A DNA stretch of 64,000 nt from positions 352,001 through 416,000 of the forward strand of contig CAVWWD010000007.1 of assembly GCA_963758635.1 (NCBI GenBank), written 5' to 3'. Positions within the stretch are counted from its first letter, which is position 1, and each line of letters starts with the position of its first letter. This stretch comes from an uncultured Candidatus Rokubacteria bacterium (lineage in GTDB: Bacteria; Methylomirabilota; Methylomirabilia; Rokubacteriales; CSP1-6). Of this stretch, positions 8,421-17,970 are shown one piece after another. The notes under the pieces were generated by a model. That model saw only the letters and a list, made by a program, of their open reading frames with translations. It did not search any database and had not been told where the DNA came from. The position numbers and the translations under genes are program-made.

Positions 8421-9977
8421 ATGCGTTCTTTCCACCTGCGGCTCGCTCTGATCGCCGTTTTCGGCCTGCTCATCGGGTCGGTCGCGCTCGCGGACGCGCA
8501 GCCGAAGGGCACCGTGGTGGTGGCCCAGGGCGTCGATCCCACCACGCTGGACCCGCAGAACCACCAGGAGACCCCGGCGGCGAACCTCGCCATCAACATG
8601 TTCGACACGCTGCTCGAGCGCGACGCCGACCTCAAGATCGTGCCCGGCCTCGCCGAGTCGTTCAAGAACGTGGCGCCCACGGTCTGGGAGTTCAAGCTCC
8701 GCAAGGGCGTCAAGTTCCACAACGGCGAGGCGTTCGACGCCGAGGCGGTGAAGTTCACCGTGGAGCGCATCGCCGACGCCAAGCTGAAGCTCCGCGGCGC
8801 CACGCCGTGGGCGCCGCTCAGCCACGCGGAGGTGGTGGACCCGTACACCGTGCGCATCCACACCAAGGCGCCGTGGCCGATCCTGGACACGAACGTCACC
8901 ACGCTGCCGATCCTGGCGCCCAAGTACTACCGCGAGAAGGACTTGGCCCACGTGGCCCGGAACCCCGTGGGGACCGGGCCGTTCAAGTTCGTGCGGTGGG
9001 TGAAGGACGACCGCATCGAGCTCCAGGCCAACGAGCAGTACTGGCGCGGCGCGCCCAGGGTGAAGTCGCTCGTCTTCCGGCCCATCCCCGACGACGCCGT
9101 GCGCGTGGCCGCGCTCCAGAACGGCGAGATCGACGTGGCGGTCAACATCCCGCCGCACCTGGCGAACATCATCGCCAACCACCCGCGGCTCTACCTGACG
9201 ACCGCGCCGAGCGTGCGGACGATCCAGCTCATGTACTACACGCACCAGTTCGACGCCCAGCACAAGCTGGTGGGCGCCTACCAGGGCCCGGTGGCGGACA
9301 AGCGCGTGCGCCTCGCCATGAACCACGCCGTCGACGTGGACGCGATCATCAAGGAAGTGCTGGACGGCAAGGGCTTCCGCGTGGCCACGATGCTCACGGC
9401 CAACCACTTCGGGTTCGACCCGCAGCTCAAGCCCATCAAGCAGGACCTGGGGAAGGCCAAGCAGCTCCTCACCGAGGCTGGGTTCCCGGGCGGCGTCGAC
9501 ATGGTCCTGAACGCGCCCCAGGGCCGCTACGTCCGCGACAAGGAGGTGGCGGAGGCCGTGGCGGGGCAGCTCACCAAGGCGGGCATCCGCACCACGATGC
9601 GTTCGCACGAGTGGGGCAACTACCTCAACAACATGGCCTACGTGCACAAGGCGGGGCCGGTGTGGCTGATCGGCTGGGGCACGACGACGTACGACGCCGA
9701 GACCGTCTACGTTCCCCTGTTCCGCTCCGGGAAGATCCTCGGCAACTACCACAACGCCGACTTCGACGGCATGGCCGACGAGGCGCAGAAGATCATGGAC
9801 CCGCGCAAGCGCCTCGAGCTCTACCACAAGATGAACAAGCTCTGGATCGACGACGCGGCCGCGATGCCGCTCTACCAGCAGATGGACCTCTACGGCGCCA
9901 CCAAGCGCATCACCTGGAAGGCGCGCGGCGACGAGCGCATCAAGGGCTTCGACATGGCGGCGAAGGAGGGGAAGTAG
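8421..9977 (+). CDS. ABC transporter substrate-binding protein, family 5 (peptide/nickel type)
   Basis: AGGAGG RBS, signal peptide, DPTTLDP, PGLAES, LRKGVKFHNG, PVGTGPF, DKRVRLAM. Confidence 0.93.
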   Translation: MRSFHLRLALIAVFGLLIGSVALADAQPKGTVVVAQGVDPTTLDPQNHQETPAANLAINMFDTLLERDADLKIVPGLAESFKNVAPTVWEFKLRKGVKFHNGEAFDAEAVKFTVERIADAKLKLRGATPWAPLSHAEVVDPYTVRIHTKAPWPILDTNVTTLPILAPKYYREKDLAHVARNPVGTGPFKFVRWVKDDRIELQANEQYWRGAPRVKSLVFRPIPDDAVRVAALQNGEIDVAVNIPPHLANIIANHPRLYLTTAPSVRTIQLMYYTHQFDAQHKLVGAYQGPVADKRVRLAMNHAVDVDAIIKEVLDGKGFRVATMLTANHFGFDPQLKPIKQDLGKAKQLLTEAGFPGGVDMVLNAPQGRYVRDKEVAEAVAGQLTKAGIRTTMRSHEWGNYLNNMAYVHKAGPVWLIGWGTTTYDAETVYVPLFRSGKILGNYHNADFDGMADEAQKIMDPRKRLELYHKMNKLWIDDAAAMPLYQQMDLYGATKRITWKARGDERIKGFDMAAKEGK

Positions 9978-9992
9978 CCCGGCGCCGACGCG

Positions 9993-10232
9993 TCAGGCCT
10001 TCGGGCGGGGGAGCGAGGGCGGCGCCTTCCGGCGCTGGCGCAGGAAGCCGATCACGGAGAGGCCGATCAGGCCGGCGCCCAGGAGGATGAGGGTGCCGGG
10101 CTCAGCCACCGGCACCACGGCTTCCGTGGCACGGGCACCCACGCCACGGAATGGGGCCGGCAGGTCGAGCGCAGAGAGCGCCACCAGTCCGACCACGAGG
10201 CCCCCGATCCCCAGCGCCTTGTCCATCTCCAT
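9993..10232 (-). CDS. miniature PEP-CTERM sorting-domain protein (79 aa)
   Basis: GGAGG RBS; N-terminal hydrophobic segment, then VAEPGTLILLGAGLIGL...RQRRK (PEP-CTERM-like motif + TM + basic tail). Confidence 0.7.
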   Translation of the reverse strand: MEMDKALGIGGLVVGLVALSALDLPAPFRGVGARATEAVVPVAEPGTLILLGAGLIGLSVIGFLRQRRKAPPSLPRPKA

Positions 10233-10269
10233 CGTCCTCCCGTGACAGAATCGAACCAGCTTCCTGGGG

Positions 10270-10285
10270 TGCAAGAGCTGCACCA
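10270..10285 (-). promoter_or_regulatory. sigma-54 (-24/-12) promoter
   Basis: Minus strand TGGTGCAGCTCTTGCA = GG-N10-GC, close to the TGGCAC-N5-TTGCA consensus, 37 nt upstream of the PEP-CTERM ATG. Confidence 0.7.
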
Positions 10286-10405
10286 TTTGACCACAGGCGG
10301 GCGGACCTCGCGGTCGTACCGACGGACGCTCAATCGGATCACGTGTTTGGGCCCGGATCCGGCCCCGACTACCCCGATCGGATCCAAACGACCCGTTGCC
10401 AGTTG

Positions 10406-10422
10406 TGTAAGCACGGCCGACA
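10406..10422. promoter_or_regulatory. candidate enhancer-binding-protein site TGT-N11-ACA
   Basis: TGTAAGCACGGCCGACA about 120 nt upstream of the sigma-54 site. Confidence 0.5.
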
Positions 10423-10513
10423 CTCGCGCACAGCGTGCACACCCGGCGTGTCACCCTGACATCCTGGACGTGACGCCCCGGGAGTGGCCGCACACTTCGT
10501 TCAGGAGGTCTCG

Positions 10514-10956
10514 ATGAAGCACGCGTGCTCGTTGCTGCTCGCGGCCCTCATGCTCGCCGCGCCGCTGGCCGCGGCGACGGCTCCCGCGGGCAAGGTCGTC
10601 ATCGCCCAGGGCGTGGATCCGTCGACGCTCGACACCCAGAACCAGCAGGAGGCTGGGGCACGCCGACCATCGACGCCGAGACCATCTACGGCCCGCTCTT
10701 CCGGACGGGCAGCAACCTGGGCAATTACCACAACCCCGACCTCGACGGCATGGTGGACCAGGCCCAGTCGATGATGGACGAGAAGAAGCGCCTGGAGATC
10801 TACCACCGCATCAACAAGCTCTGGGTCGAGGACGTGCCCGCCGTGCCGCTCTACCAGCAGGTGGACCTCTACGGGGCGAACCGCCGCCTGGCGTGGAAGG
10901 CGCGCAGCGACGAGGTGATCAAGGCCTACGACATGAGCCTGAAGGACGGCAAGTAA
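10514..10956 (+). pseudogene. internally deleted family-5 substrate-binding protein (paralog of 8421-9977)
   Basis: N-terminus (...AQGVDPSTLDTQNQQE) joined out of frame at about 10651 to the C-terminus (GWGTPTIDAETIYGPLFR...AYDM); about 1.1 kb missing relative to the paralog. Confidence 0.8.
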
Positions 10957-11010
10957 CCGGGGCCGCTTCGACGCTGCGGTCAGCCCCTACGCGCGATTCC
11001 TCCTCGCGCC

Positions 11011-12100
11011 TCAGCGCGCGGCGTATCCGTTCCCGGCGTCGGGGCCTATCCACTTGCGGTGGTTCAAGTCGTAGCGAAAGCCGACCGCCGTGAACGGTAG
11101 CCGCAAGTTGTCGAAGACGGCGTGCAGAGTGTAGCCCCACCACGTGTTCCGTCCCACTCCGAGATCGTCCAGGATCACCTTCAAGTTGAGACCGATCTCG
11201 ATTCCGACTTGGCGCTCTTGCAACCCGGGAAGCCCGTGCGGATAGCCCTTCGTCCCGTAGGTGAGCGACACGAGCAGGTAGCGGAGCGGGCCGAGGTTGA
11301 TGCCGAGCCGGCGGCCCACTCCCGCGACGTGGAGATCCGCCGTGTAGATCTCGGTCGAGTAGTCTCGCCCGGGGGCTTCGACCGCGCAGCAGACATCGTG
11401 CTTGGGGGGTGGAAGGACAAATCCGTGCCGGAATCCCACGAGATCGTCGAGCTCCAGCGCCGAGATCAGCGCGGCCGCGCCGACCCCCAGGAACGTCCAT
11501 GACGAGGTCTTCCCAGGAAAATCCGTAGACGTTTTGACCGTCACCGATCTCGAACACGAGGCCGGTGAGCGTGGCCAGGCCGGCGCCCATCAAGATCGAA
11601 TCGCGCCGGGAGAATCCCATCACGCCGTAAAGGTTGGCGAGCTCCTTGGTGATGATCGCGTAGTCGACGAAGTGAGAGGCCTTGTCGGCCCCACCCACGT
11701 ACGTGTCGCGGCCGAAGAAGCCCTCGTTCGTCCAGTGATAGCTCACTTGGGGGGTTTCGAGGAATGTGCTCATCGACCCGCCCGCGATGACGCCGGCCGC
11801 GACGAGGGAGGCCCAGAGCCACTGCTTCTTTTCGTACCCCGCCCACGTCGTCCCGGTCGACGACTCATCGTCCGGTATCGGCTCGGACCCGTCCGCGCCA
11901 TCGAGACGGAACTCGGAGCACGTGGCCGGTGCGTCCTCGCTCAGGAGACGCAGGGGCTGGCAGCGAGATCGAACGGAGCTTTCCGCGCCCGACACGATCG
12001 ACCACCCGTCGGTGGTGAAAGCGTTGGCGGACTCCTGCGCGGCGAGCGCGCGCGGGAGGAGCAGGAGCAAGATGCCGAGGACGAGAGCCCTTCGGTCCAG
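11011..12100 (-). CDS. DUF2279/YfiM-like secreted or outer-membrane protein, frameshift near 11495 (start approximate)
   Basis: GGADKASHF, EIGDG...GFSWEDLVMD in ORF 10919-12070, continuing as LDDLVGFR...GYP...VGFRY in ORF 11011-11544. Confidence 0.6.
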
Positions 12101-12484
12101 GGATCTATCCCCGATTTCCGCTCAGCCCGGTCTGTGTCGTCAGCGTGCTGGTCATGCCGGCGCCCTGGCCCCGGCTCTCTGACTCGACAGCCGAGTTCTA
12201 CCCCCGAGAAGGCGGTGCCCGCCCGAGTGAGCGGCATGCTATGCGAAACACAGCGCCACCGTCAACCGGCCTGGCGGGCCGAGCTGGATCCGCGCTGACG
12301 ACGCCTCGTGATGCCCGCCCGCTCGCGAGCCGATCCAATGAGGGCGCGGCGGCGCCGGGCTCGGGAGGAGCGGGGCCGGGGCTCGGCCCTGGCCTCGCGG
12401 AGGTCGCCGGGGCTCACGATGTGGCAGCGATCGAGCAGCGATCGAACACGCTGCGAACGGCGGGCACGACAGGCTCGGACGCGA

Positions 12485-12513
12485 TTGACATGGAGAGCGT
12501 GAAGTCTTACGAT
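12485..12513 (+). promoter_or_regulatory. sigma-70 promoter of tRNA-Gly
   Basis: TTGACA(12485-12490)-17 nt-TACGAT(12508-12513). Confidence 0.8.
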
Positions 12514-12523
12514 TCGCCTACAT

Positions 12524-12598
12524 GCGGCCGTAATTCAGTGGCAGAATGCCAGCTTCCCAAGCTGGACGTCGCCGGTTCGAATCCGGTCGGCCGCTCCA
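12524..12598 (+). tRNA. tRNA-Gly (anticodon CCC)
   Basis: Acceptor stem GCGGCCG/CGGCCGC, anticodon arm CCAGC-TTCCCAA-GCTGG, T-loop TTCGAAT, discriminator T plus encoded CCA. Confidence 0.97.
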
Positions 12599-12606
12599 AT
12601 CTAATC

Positions 12607-12640
12607 AAGGGGTTACGGGTGCAGGCCCCGTAGCCCCCTT
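12607..12640 (+). terminator. hairpin downstream of the tRNA
   Basis: GGGGTTACGGG(12609-12619) pairs with CCCGTAGCCCC(12627-12637); only a short T tail. Confidence 0.55.
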
Positions 12641-12649
12641 GGACTTTCT

Positions 12650-12729
12650 GACGCGGAGCCGTCCTGCCGGGTGAGGTTCGGGATGAACATGGCGTAGTGC
12701 CGGATCACCATCTCGTCGGTCGTGTGGCC
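12650..12729 (-). pseudogene. C-terminal remnant of a tyrosine site-specific integrase
   Basis: Translates as *GHTTDEMVIRHYAMFIPNLTRQDGSA: box II (GH...Y) plus the PNLTRxDGSA tail I recognise from tRNA-targeting integrases. Confidence 0.7.
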
Positions 12730-12934
12730 CTACCGACTTCGTCGCGGCCAAGGCGCTTCTCAAGGCGTTGCGGTAGTCTGCGTTCCCCGGACTGTTTCCG
12801 AAGACGGCTCCATCCAAAGTTCGTCGGTGCAAGTCCGACTTCCGCGACCAGACGAAGGTCGCGGAATCGGGCGCCTTCGTGTTCTCGGGCGGACTGTGGA
12901 TGCCCCGGGCAGATCTCGGGCACCGGGCTCGCCC

Positions 12935-13200
12935 TCAGAACTCGTGCAAGTGCACGCGCGGCGTCGTCCCCGCGTACTCCGTGCGGACGACCCCGCGCTT
13001 CTGGAGCGGCGGGACGACCTGCTCCACGAACGGGCCGACGTAGCCCGGCCAGATGCCCTGGCGGATCGCGAAGCCGTCGCCGCCGACGGCGCCGATCGTC
13101 TCCGCCAGCTCATCGGCGACGCGCTCCGGCGTTCCGATGTACGGCTTCGAGTCGATGCTGACCTTGAGCGTGGCGATGTCTCGCAGCGTCGGTGTCCACA
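12935..13200 (-). pseudogene. C-terminal fragment of an NtaA/DmoA-like flavin-dependent monooxygenase
   Basis: IGTPERVADEL...GGDGF...FVEQVVPPLQKRGVVRTEYAGTT.R.HL.EF. Confidence 0.7.
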
Positions 13201-13215
13201 CCTTGCCGCGCGGCC

Positions 13216-13395
13216 CACCCCATCCGCCGCTGTCCGCGAACCGCTTGCTGTCCTTCACCATGAAGTCCACGTCGTGCAGGGTGCCCGGCGCCATCGTATT
13301 GGCGAAGGGCTCGTGCTTCTTCGGGGTCCAGTGAATCTTGGCCATCTTGGCGCCGTCGGGGAACGGCTTGCCGTTGCCGGGAATGCCGGCCTGGG
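13216..13395 (-). pseudogene. internal fragment of a cytochrome P460-family protein
   Basis: AGIPGNGKPFPDGAKMAKIHW...HDVDFMVKDSKRFADSGGWG; signal peptide and CxxCH are missing. Confidence 0.65.
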
Positions 13396-13670
13396 GGCCG
13401 GAAGGTTGAACTCTGCGGCGAAGGCGGGGATGTCGATGACCTTTCCGTAGCCGTGGGAGGGAAACGCGGTGCCCACGAAGACGCGCAGCAGTGCTGGTCC
13501 TCAGTCTCCCGGTCGCCTTCGAGCAGCGACAACTCGTTCTCAATCTCACGGCCGGTGTCGTTTTATTCACCCTCCTGGTCATGGGTACAACGGTCGGTCG
13601 TCTCGTTCGCACCCTGGAAGTGCGATGATCAGTCACACGGGGCCGCGGGCGTCGATCTCCGGGCCCGCAG

Positions 13671-15512
13671 TCAGTTCATGCCTACGTGCAGCCGGAGGAT
13701 GCGGCGCACCTCCTCGATCGTCCGGGGATGGCCCTGGGTGGAGTGGCTCGACGGACGCACGACGAGCTCGGACTCGACCCCCTCGATGTGGGCGCTCGAG
13801 TACGCCACGACGCCGTCGTCGAGCTTCTCGACCGGCCCCTCCCCCTCGACCGCGATGATCGAGTGAGCCCTGATGGAGGGCGCCACGGGGACGCTCTGCA
13901 AGCCCTGGATGAAGTTGTTGCGTGGCGACATGTTGTCGACGGCCGACGGAACTATCGCGGGTCCCCTCACGGCATCCGCATTCCGGATGAGCTCCGCCCG
14001 AATCCCGGTGAGGGCGGTCGGCAGCGTCACGAGCCACCGGATGACGTTGGTGATGACCTCGCGTGCCGCGATGAAGCTCCCCCGGTGCGGGGTGCAGATG
14101 AACACCACGCGGGAGACCCCGGGGAGGGGCTCGACGAAAAGCCCCCGCTGCAGGAGATCGCGGGACGCGTCGGACAGCTGGAGGTCGGCGAGCGGCTTGC
14201 GCGCGACGGCGTTCCAGATCCGATCGCCGCTGCTGATGGCCTGCATCTTGACCAGGAGGCCGCCCTGGCTGTGCCCGATCAGCACCATCCGGCGGAGGGC
14301 CGGGTCCTTGCCCTCGGGGTCGAGCTGCGCCAGCGCTCCGGTCAGCGCCTCGCGCAGCCGCAGCGCGGACAGCGCGACGGGGGCGCCGGAATCGTACTGG
14401 AAGAACCAGAACTGGTAGCGGCTCCGGATCTCGGGGTCGGCCAGGAGACGGTTGAACATCTCGGCCCAACGGACCACGCTCGACTGCGTGCCGTGCACGA
14501 AGACCACCGGGATGAGCCCGGGCTTGTACGGGGTCGTGGAGACTAGCGGCGGCCGCTCATAACCGGCGAGCCGGCCCAGGAACCCGAACGTCTCGAGCCG
14601 GAAGATCGGTATGCCGGTGAAGGTGTGGGCCAGCGCTGCCGTCGGCTCGCTCTCGAGCGGCACGCGCTCGCCGGCGATCGAGACCGACTCCGCGTCCCAG
14701 GCCAGGTGGAGCTCGAGCGCGGCCGTGAGCGGCCGTCCCTGCACGAGGGCCTGGCGAGCCTCGGGGATGCGGAGAAGGGCGGTCGCCGAGACCTTCAACC
14801 GCGGCGCCACGAGGTCGCCCGGCCTCGAGGCATCGATGAGCCGGGTCGACGCGGCGAGCGGGGTCCCGAGGCCGGACCAGCGGTATCGCATCGCCATGCC
14901 TTCCACTTTCAGCTCCGCGATGGGAATGAACCCATACAGCTCCCGGTTTCCAGCCCGCAGCGAGGATCGGTCGAAGGTCACCTCCAGCGGCCCGAACGGC
15001 AGCGTGAACGCGCCCCCGCGCGGGACGAATTCGGCACCGTCCTCCGACGCAAGGCCTCCCGCGAGCGCCCAGTTGTACAGGTCCGCGGCGAGCCGAAGGC
15101 GCGGGTCGAAGCGCCCCGGTTCTTTGCCTGTCCCTTCGGGGAACAGGAACGCGTAGGCGTACACCACTGCGGCGAGCTTGTACTCGGGTTTGGCCGCGGC
15201 CTGCCCGTGGAGGAAGGCCAGCTCGGCGAGGGCGAGGAGCAGGTCGGGATCCCCGCCCGTCCGCCGCATGGACCCGTGAAGCTCGGCCAGGGCTTCCTCC
15301 GGGCGCGCCCCGAAGGCTGCGAAAAGTCCCTGCTCGTAAAGTACGTTGCGCGTCTCCCAGCTCGGCTCACCCGTCGTGACGGCGCTCCGGGTGAGGTCGG
15401 CCTGGACGACCTTCGGATCGACGCGCGTGGCGCTCACCGGGCCCCCGCAGGCGGCCAGGGCCATGCCGAAGGCGGCGAGAACGACGATGCGCAGGTGTCG
15501 TGTCGTCTTCAT
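13671..15512 (-). CDS. alpha/beta-hydrolase lipoprotein
   Basis: Lipobox LAAC, PVVFVHG, nucleophile elbow GHSQGG, TPHRGS, DGVV, terminal His. Confidence 0.85.
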   Translation of the reverse strand: MKTTRHLRIVVLAAFGMALAACGGPVSATRVDPKVVQADLTRSAVTTGEPSWETRNVLYEQGLFAAFGARPEEALAELHGSMRRTGGDPDLLLALAELAFLHGQAAAKPEYKLAAVVYAYAFLFPEGTGKEPGRFDPRLRLAADLYNWALAGGLASEDGAEFVPRGGAFTLPFGPLEVTFDRSSLRAGNRELYGFIPIAELKVEGMAMRYRWSGLGTPLAASTRLIDASRPGDLVAPRLKVSATALLRIPEARQALVQGRPLTAALELHLAWDAESVSIAGERVPLESEPTAALAHTFTGIPIFRLETFGFLGRLAGYERPPLVSTTPYKPGLIPVVFVHGTQSSVVRWAEMFNRLLADPEIRSRYQFWFFQYDSGAPVALSALRLREALTGALAQLDPEGKDPALRRMVLIGHSQGGLLVKMQAISSGDRIWNAVARKPLADLQLSDASRDLLQRGLFVEPLPGVSRVVFICTPHRGSFIAAREVITNVIRWLVTLPTALTGIRAELIRNADAVRGPAIVPSAVDNMSPRNNFIQGLQSVPVAPSIRAHSIIAVEGEGPVEKLDDGVVAYSSAHIEGVESELVVRPSSHSTQGHPRTIEEVRRILRLHVGMN

Positions 15513-15552
15513 TGGGCGGCCCTCGTGAGCTCGCGGGTCACCGCGCCAACCA

Positions 15553-16959
15553 TCAGAACCGCACCTGGAGGCGCAGGCCCGCCACCACGGCGGTGCCCGT
15601 GTCCTCGAGTCGTCCCGACGAGCTCAGGTTCTTTGTCAGCGTGGGCTCGACGATCTGCAAGTCCGCGGTCACGTTCAGCCATGGCGTGATCGACGCGCTG
15701 TAGTACATCTCGATCGCGTCCTCACGCTCGAGGCCGAGCCGGAGCTGCTGCCGCAGGAGCACCAGGAAGGTGCCGCTGAATTCCGTGCGGGCCCAGCCGA
15801 TGCCGAAGGTGTCCCGCGGGCGGCCCGGGATCGCGCCCTTGCCGCCGATCCCCATGCTGTAGCTGTACTTGACCGGGTTGACCTCGCCGTCAGACGCGCC
15901 GAAATTGAAGAAGATCCCGATGCCCCGCGTGCGATCGCCCCCGGGGTGCCAGAAGTACTGGTCGAAGCCGTAGAACATCGCCCACGTGCTGTCCTTCCGG
16001 TTGGCGGGCTGGACCGGCACGAGCAGCTCCGGAAAGAACCGCTCGAGGATCCGCCGGAGCACCGGGCCGGGATCGCCGAGCCGCGGGAAGCGCTCGGTCA
16101 GCAGGAAGCGCCCGAGGTTGGTCGGGTCCTGGGTGAGGGAGAGGCGCTCCTTGTTGCTCCACATGGCCCCCGCCCGCTGAGTGCCCCGGAGGCCGAAGGG
16201 AGTGATGGCCACCTGGGCCGAGGCCACGACCATCACGCCATCGTCGAACGCGTCGGTCACGTCGTTGTTCATGACCGTCCCGCTCGGATCGAGCACGAGC
16301 GCCGACAGGATGACCCCCTCCCACGGCAAGACGACGAGGCCGCCTCCGTACGCCGAGATCGGCACGAGGACGAAGCTCATCGGCAGGCCCAGCCCCGTGT
16401 TCAGGAACTGGGTGCGATAGTTGCCGGCGAACTCGCCGGCGCCGGCGTCGAGAGTGAAGATCTTGCCGGCGACCAGGCCGAACTTCGGACTGAGGAACTG
16501 GGTGAAAGTCGCGTGCATGAGGCCGGTGCTCGGCTGGTTGGGGTCGGGATAGAGCAGAAAGGTATTCACCGGCACCACCGCGCCGGAATCAGCGAACACG
16601 CTCTCGCCGAAGCTGCTGCTCGCAACTACCTTCAGGAACCCGCCCGGCCAGAGACCGAGCTTGCCAGTGTCGACGTTGAGCGTGTACTCGGCGTTGCCCC
16701 AGAACTCGGCGCCCGTGTCTCGGCCGCCGCTGAGGACGGCCTGCGGGGTCAGGATCAGGTCGACGTCGAGCACCACGCCCTTCTTGCCGAGCTCATCCCG
16801 CACTCCGCCCCAGCTGCCGGTGAGGCGCGGACGGGACCAGAAATCCCCGCCCCACGTATCGGGCACCGCAACCGGCTGGGCGGGCCCCGACGCCGGCGCA
16901 CCGAGCACTGCCAAGACGACCGCTGCGGCTACGAGCGCCAAGAGCATCGGCGATCTCAT
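15553..16959 (-). CDS. OprB-family carbohydrate porin
   Basis: RLTGSWGGVRDELGKKG, KLGLWPGG, EMYY, ADLQ, C-terminal Phe; ATGA overlap with the upstream gene. Confidence 0.85.
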   Translation of the reverse strand: MRSPMLLALVAAAVVLAVLGAPASGPAQPVAVPDTWGGDFWSRPRLTGSWGGVRDELGKKGVVLDVDLILTPQAVLSGGRDTGAEFWGNAEYTLNVDTGKLGLWPGGFLKVVASSSFGESVFADSGAVVPVNTFLLYPDPNQPSTGLMHATFTQFLSPKFGLVAGKIFTLDAGAGEFAGNYRTQFLNTGLGLPMSFVLVPISAYGGGLVVLPWEGVILSALVLDPSGTVMNNDVTDAFDDGVMVVASAQVAITPFGLRGTQRAGAMWSNKERLSLTQDPTNLGRFLLTERFPRLGDPGPVLRRILERFFPELLVPVQPANRKDSTWAMFYGFDQYFWHPGGDRTRGIGIFFNFGASDGEVNPVKYSYSMGIGGKGAIPGRPRDTFGIGWARTEFSGTFLVLLRQQLRLGLEREDAIEMYYSASITPWLNVTADLQIVEPTLTKNLSSSGRLEDTGTAVVAGLRLQVRF

Positions 16960-17855
16960 GCGCCCTTCTGCCAAGTCTGCGTCCAGGCGATCCCGAGCGC
17001 CCAGAAATTGGTCCCGGTGCGGCTGTAGACGCCGGTGCTGCCGAAGACCTTGATCGAGTTGTACCGATTCATCGGTAGGGCGATGGTGAGGCCCAGGCGA
17101 ACGTTCTCCTCCTTGTCGCCCTTGTCGCCGTCCACGATCGGGCGTCCCCCGGCATAGTAGGTCGCATCGAGCGCCCCCCACAGCCCGGCCCTGAACTCGT
17201 AGACGAGGTGTGCCTGCAGCGAGTAGAGGGGCTCCTGCTCCAGCGTCTGGCCGCCGAGGAAGTCGTCGTTCGCGGTGAAAAAAGTCGCCGCCGCGGTCAT
17301 CTCGAGCGTGAAGCGGTCCAGGGCCTTGGACACTCCGACCTCCGGCCTGATGGACCAGCGATTCGTGCCGATGTTCAGGAGCTTGTCCGAGTCGTACTGG
17401 CCGAGGGGCGGGGACACCTCGAGGCCCACTCCCACGATGAGGTCCTGCTCATAGCCGCCGAACTCCGCGAGGGAGAGGGCCGGAGCCCCGTAGAGATTGA
17501 CCGAGAACCGGAACCTTGGATCGGCGAGGCCAGACACCTGACGCTCCCGTTCGTGGCCGGCGAGCTTGGCGCTCCCCGAAGCGCGGGCAAAGGGCACGAT
17601 CACTCCGAGCTTCCCCGACAGGCCCCAGACATCGAGCGCCCGCACGTAGGCGAGGAAGCCGGCGTGAGTCTGCACCTCGGCATCTGTCAATGGGGACGAC
17701 TGGCTGAAGGCGACGTTGCCGTCCGTGTAGCCGTAGCCCGCGATGACGAAATTCATCCCCACCGGGGTGTTCACGTAGGAGCGCGGCTCGAGCTCCTGCC
17801 CGTCCGCGCGCCGGGCAGAAATCGCGACGCTGGCCAGGACGAGCGCCATCGTCAT
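16956..17855 (-). CDS. outer-membrane transporter, Phenol_MetA_deg-like family
   Basis: QELEPRSYVNTPVG, GLADPR..SVNLYGAPAL, PLGQYD.DKLLNIGTNRW. Confidence 0.8.
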   Translation of the reverse strand: MTMALVLASVAISARRADGQELEPRSYVNTPVGMNFVIAGYGYTDGNVAFSQSSPLTDAEVQTHAGFLAYVRALDVWGLSGKLGVIVPFARASGSAKLAGHERERQVSGLADPRFRFSVNLYGAPALSLAEFGGYEQDLIVGVGLEVSPPLGQYDSDKLLNIGTNRWSIRPEVGVSKALDRFTLEMTAAATFFTANDDFLGGQTLEQEPLYSLQAHLVYEFRAGLWGALDATYYAGGRPIVDGDKGDKEENVRLGLTIALPMNRYNSIKVFGSTGVYSRTGTNFWALGIAWTQTWQKGA

Positions 17856-17970
17856 CCAGGACAACACCGGCGACGCCTTGACAGGGATCCGCGCGCGACC
17901 CCTCACTCCCGGCCGCGACCCCCTGGCGGACGGGCCTGGGCGAGTGCCGCCCCGGCCAACGGCAAACTGG

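Noticed and set aside
12424..12445. 11-bp tandem repeat GCAGCGATCGA x2 upstream of the tRNA promoter
   Set aside because: Only two copies and no supporting context
12570..12598. attR copy of the tRNA-Gly 3' end
   Set aside because: No duplicate found by eye in the window, so the island's right boundary rests only on composition and a truncated gene
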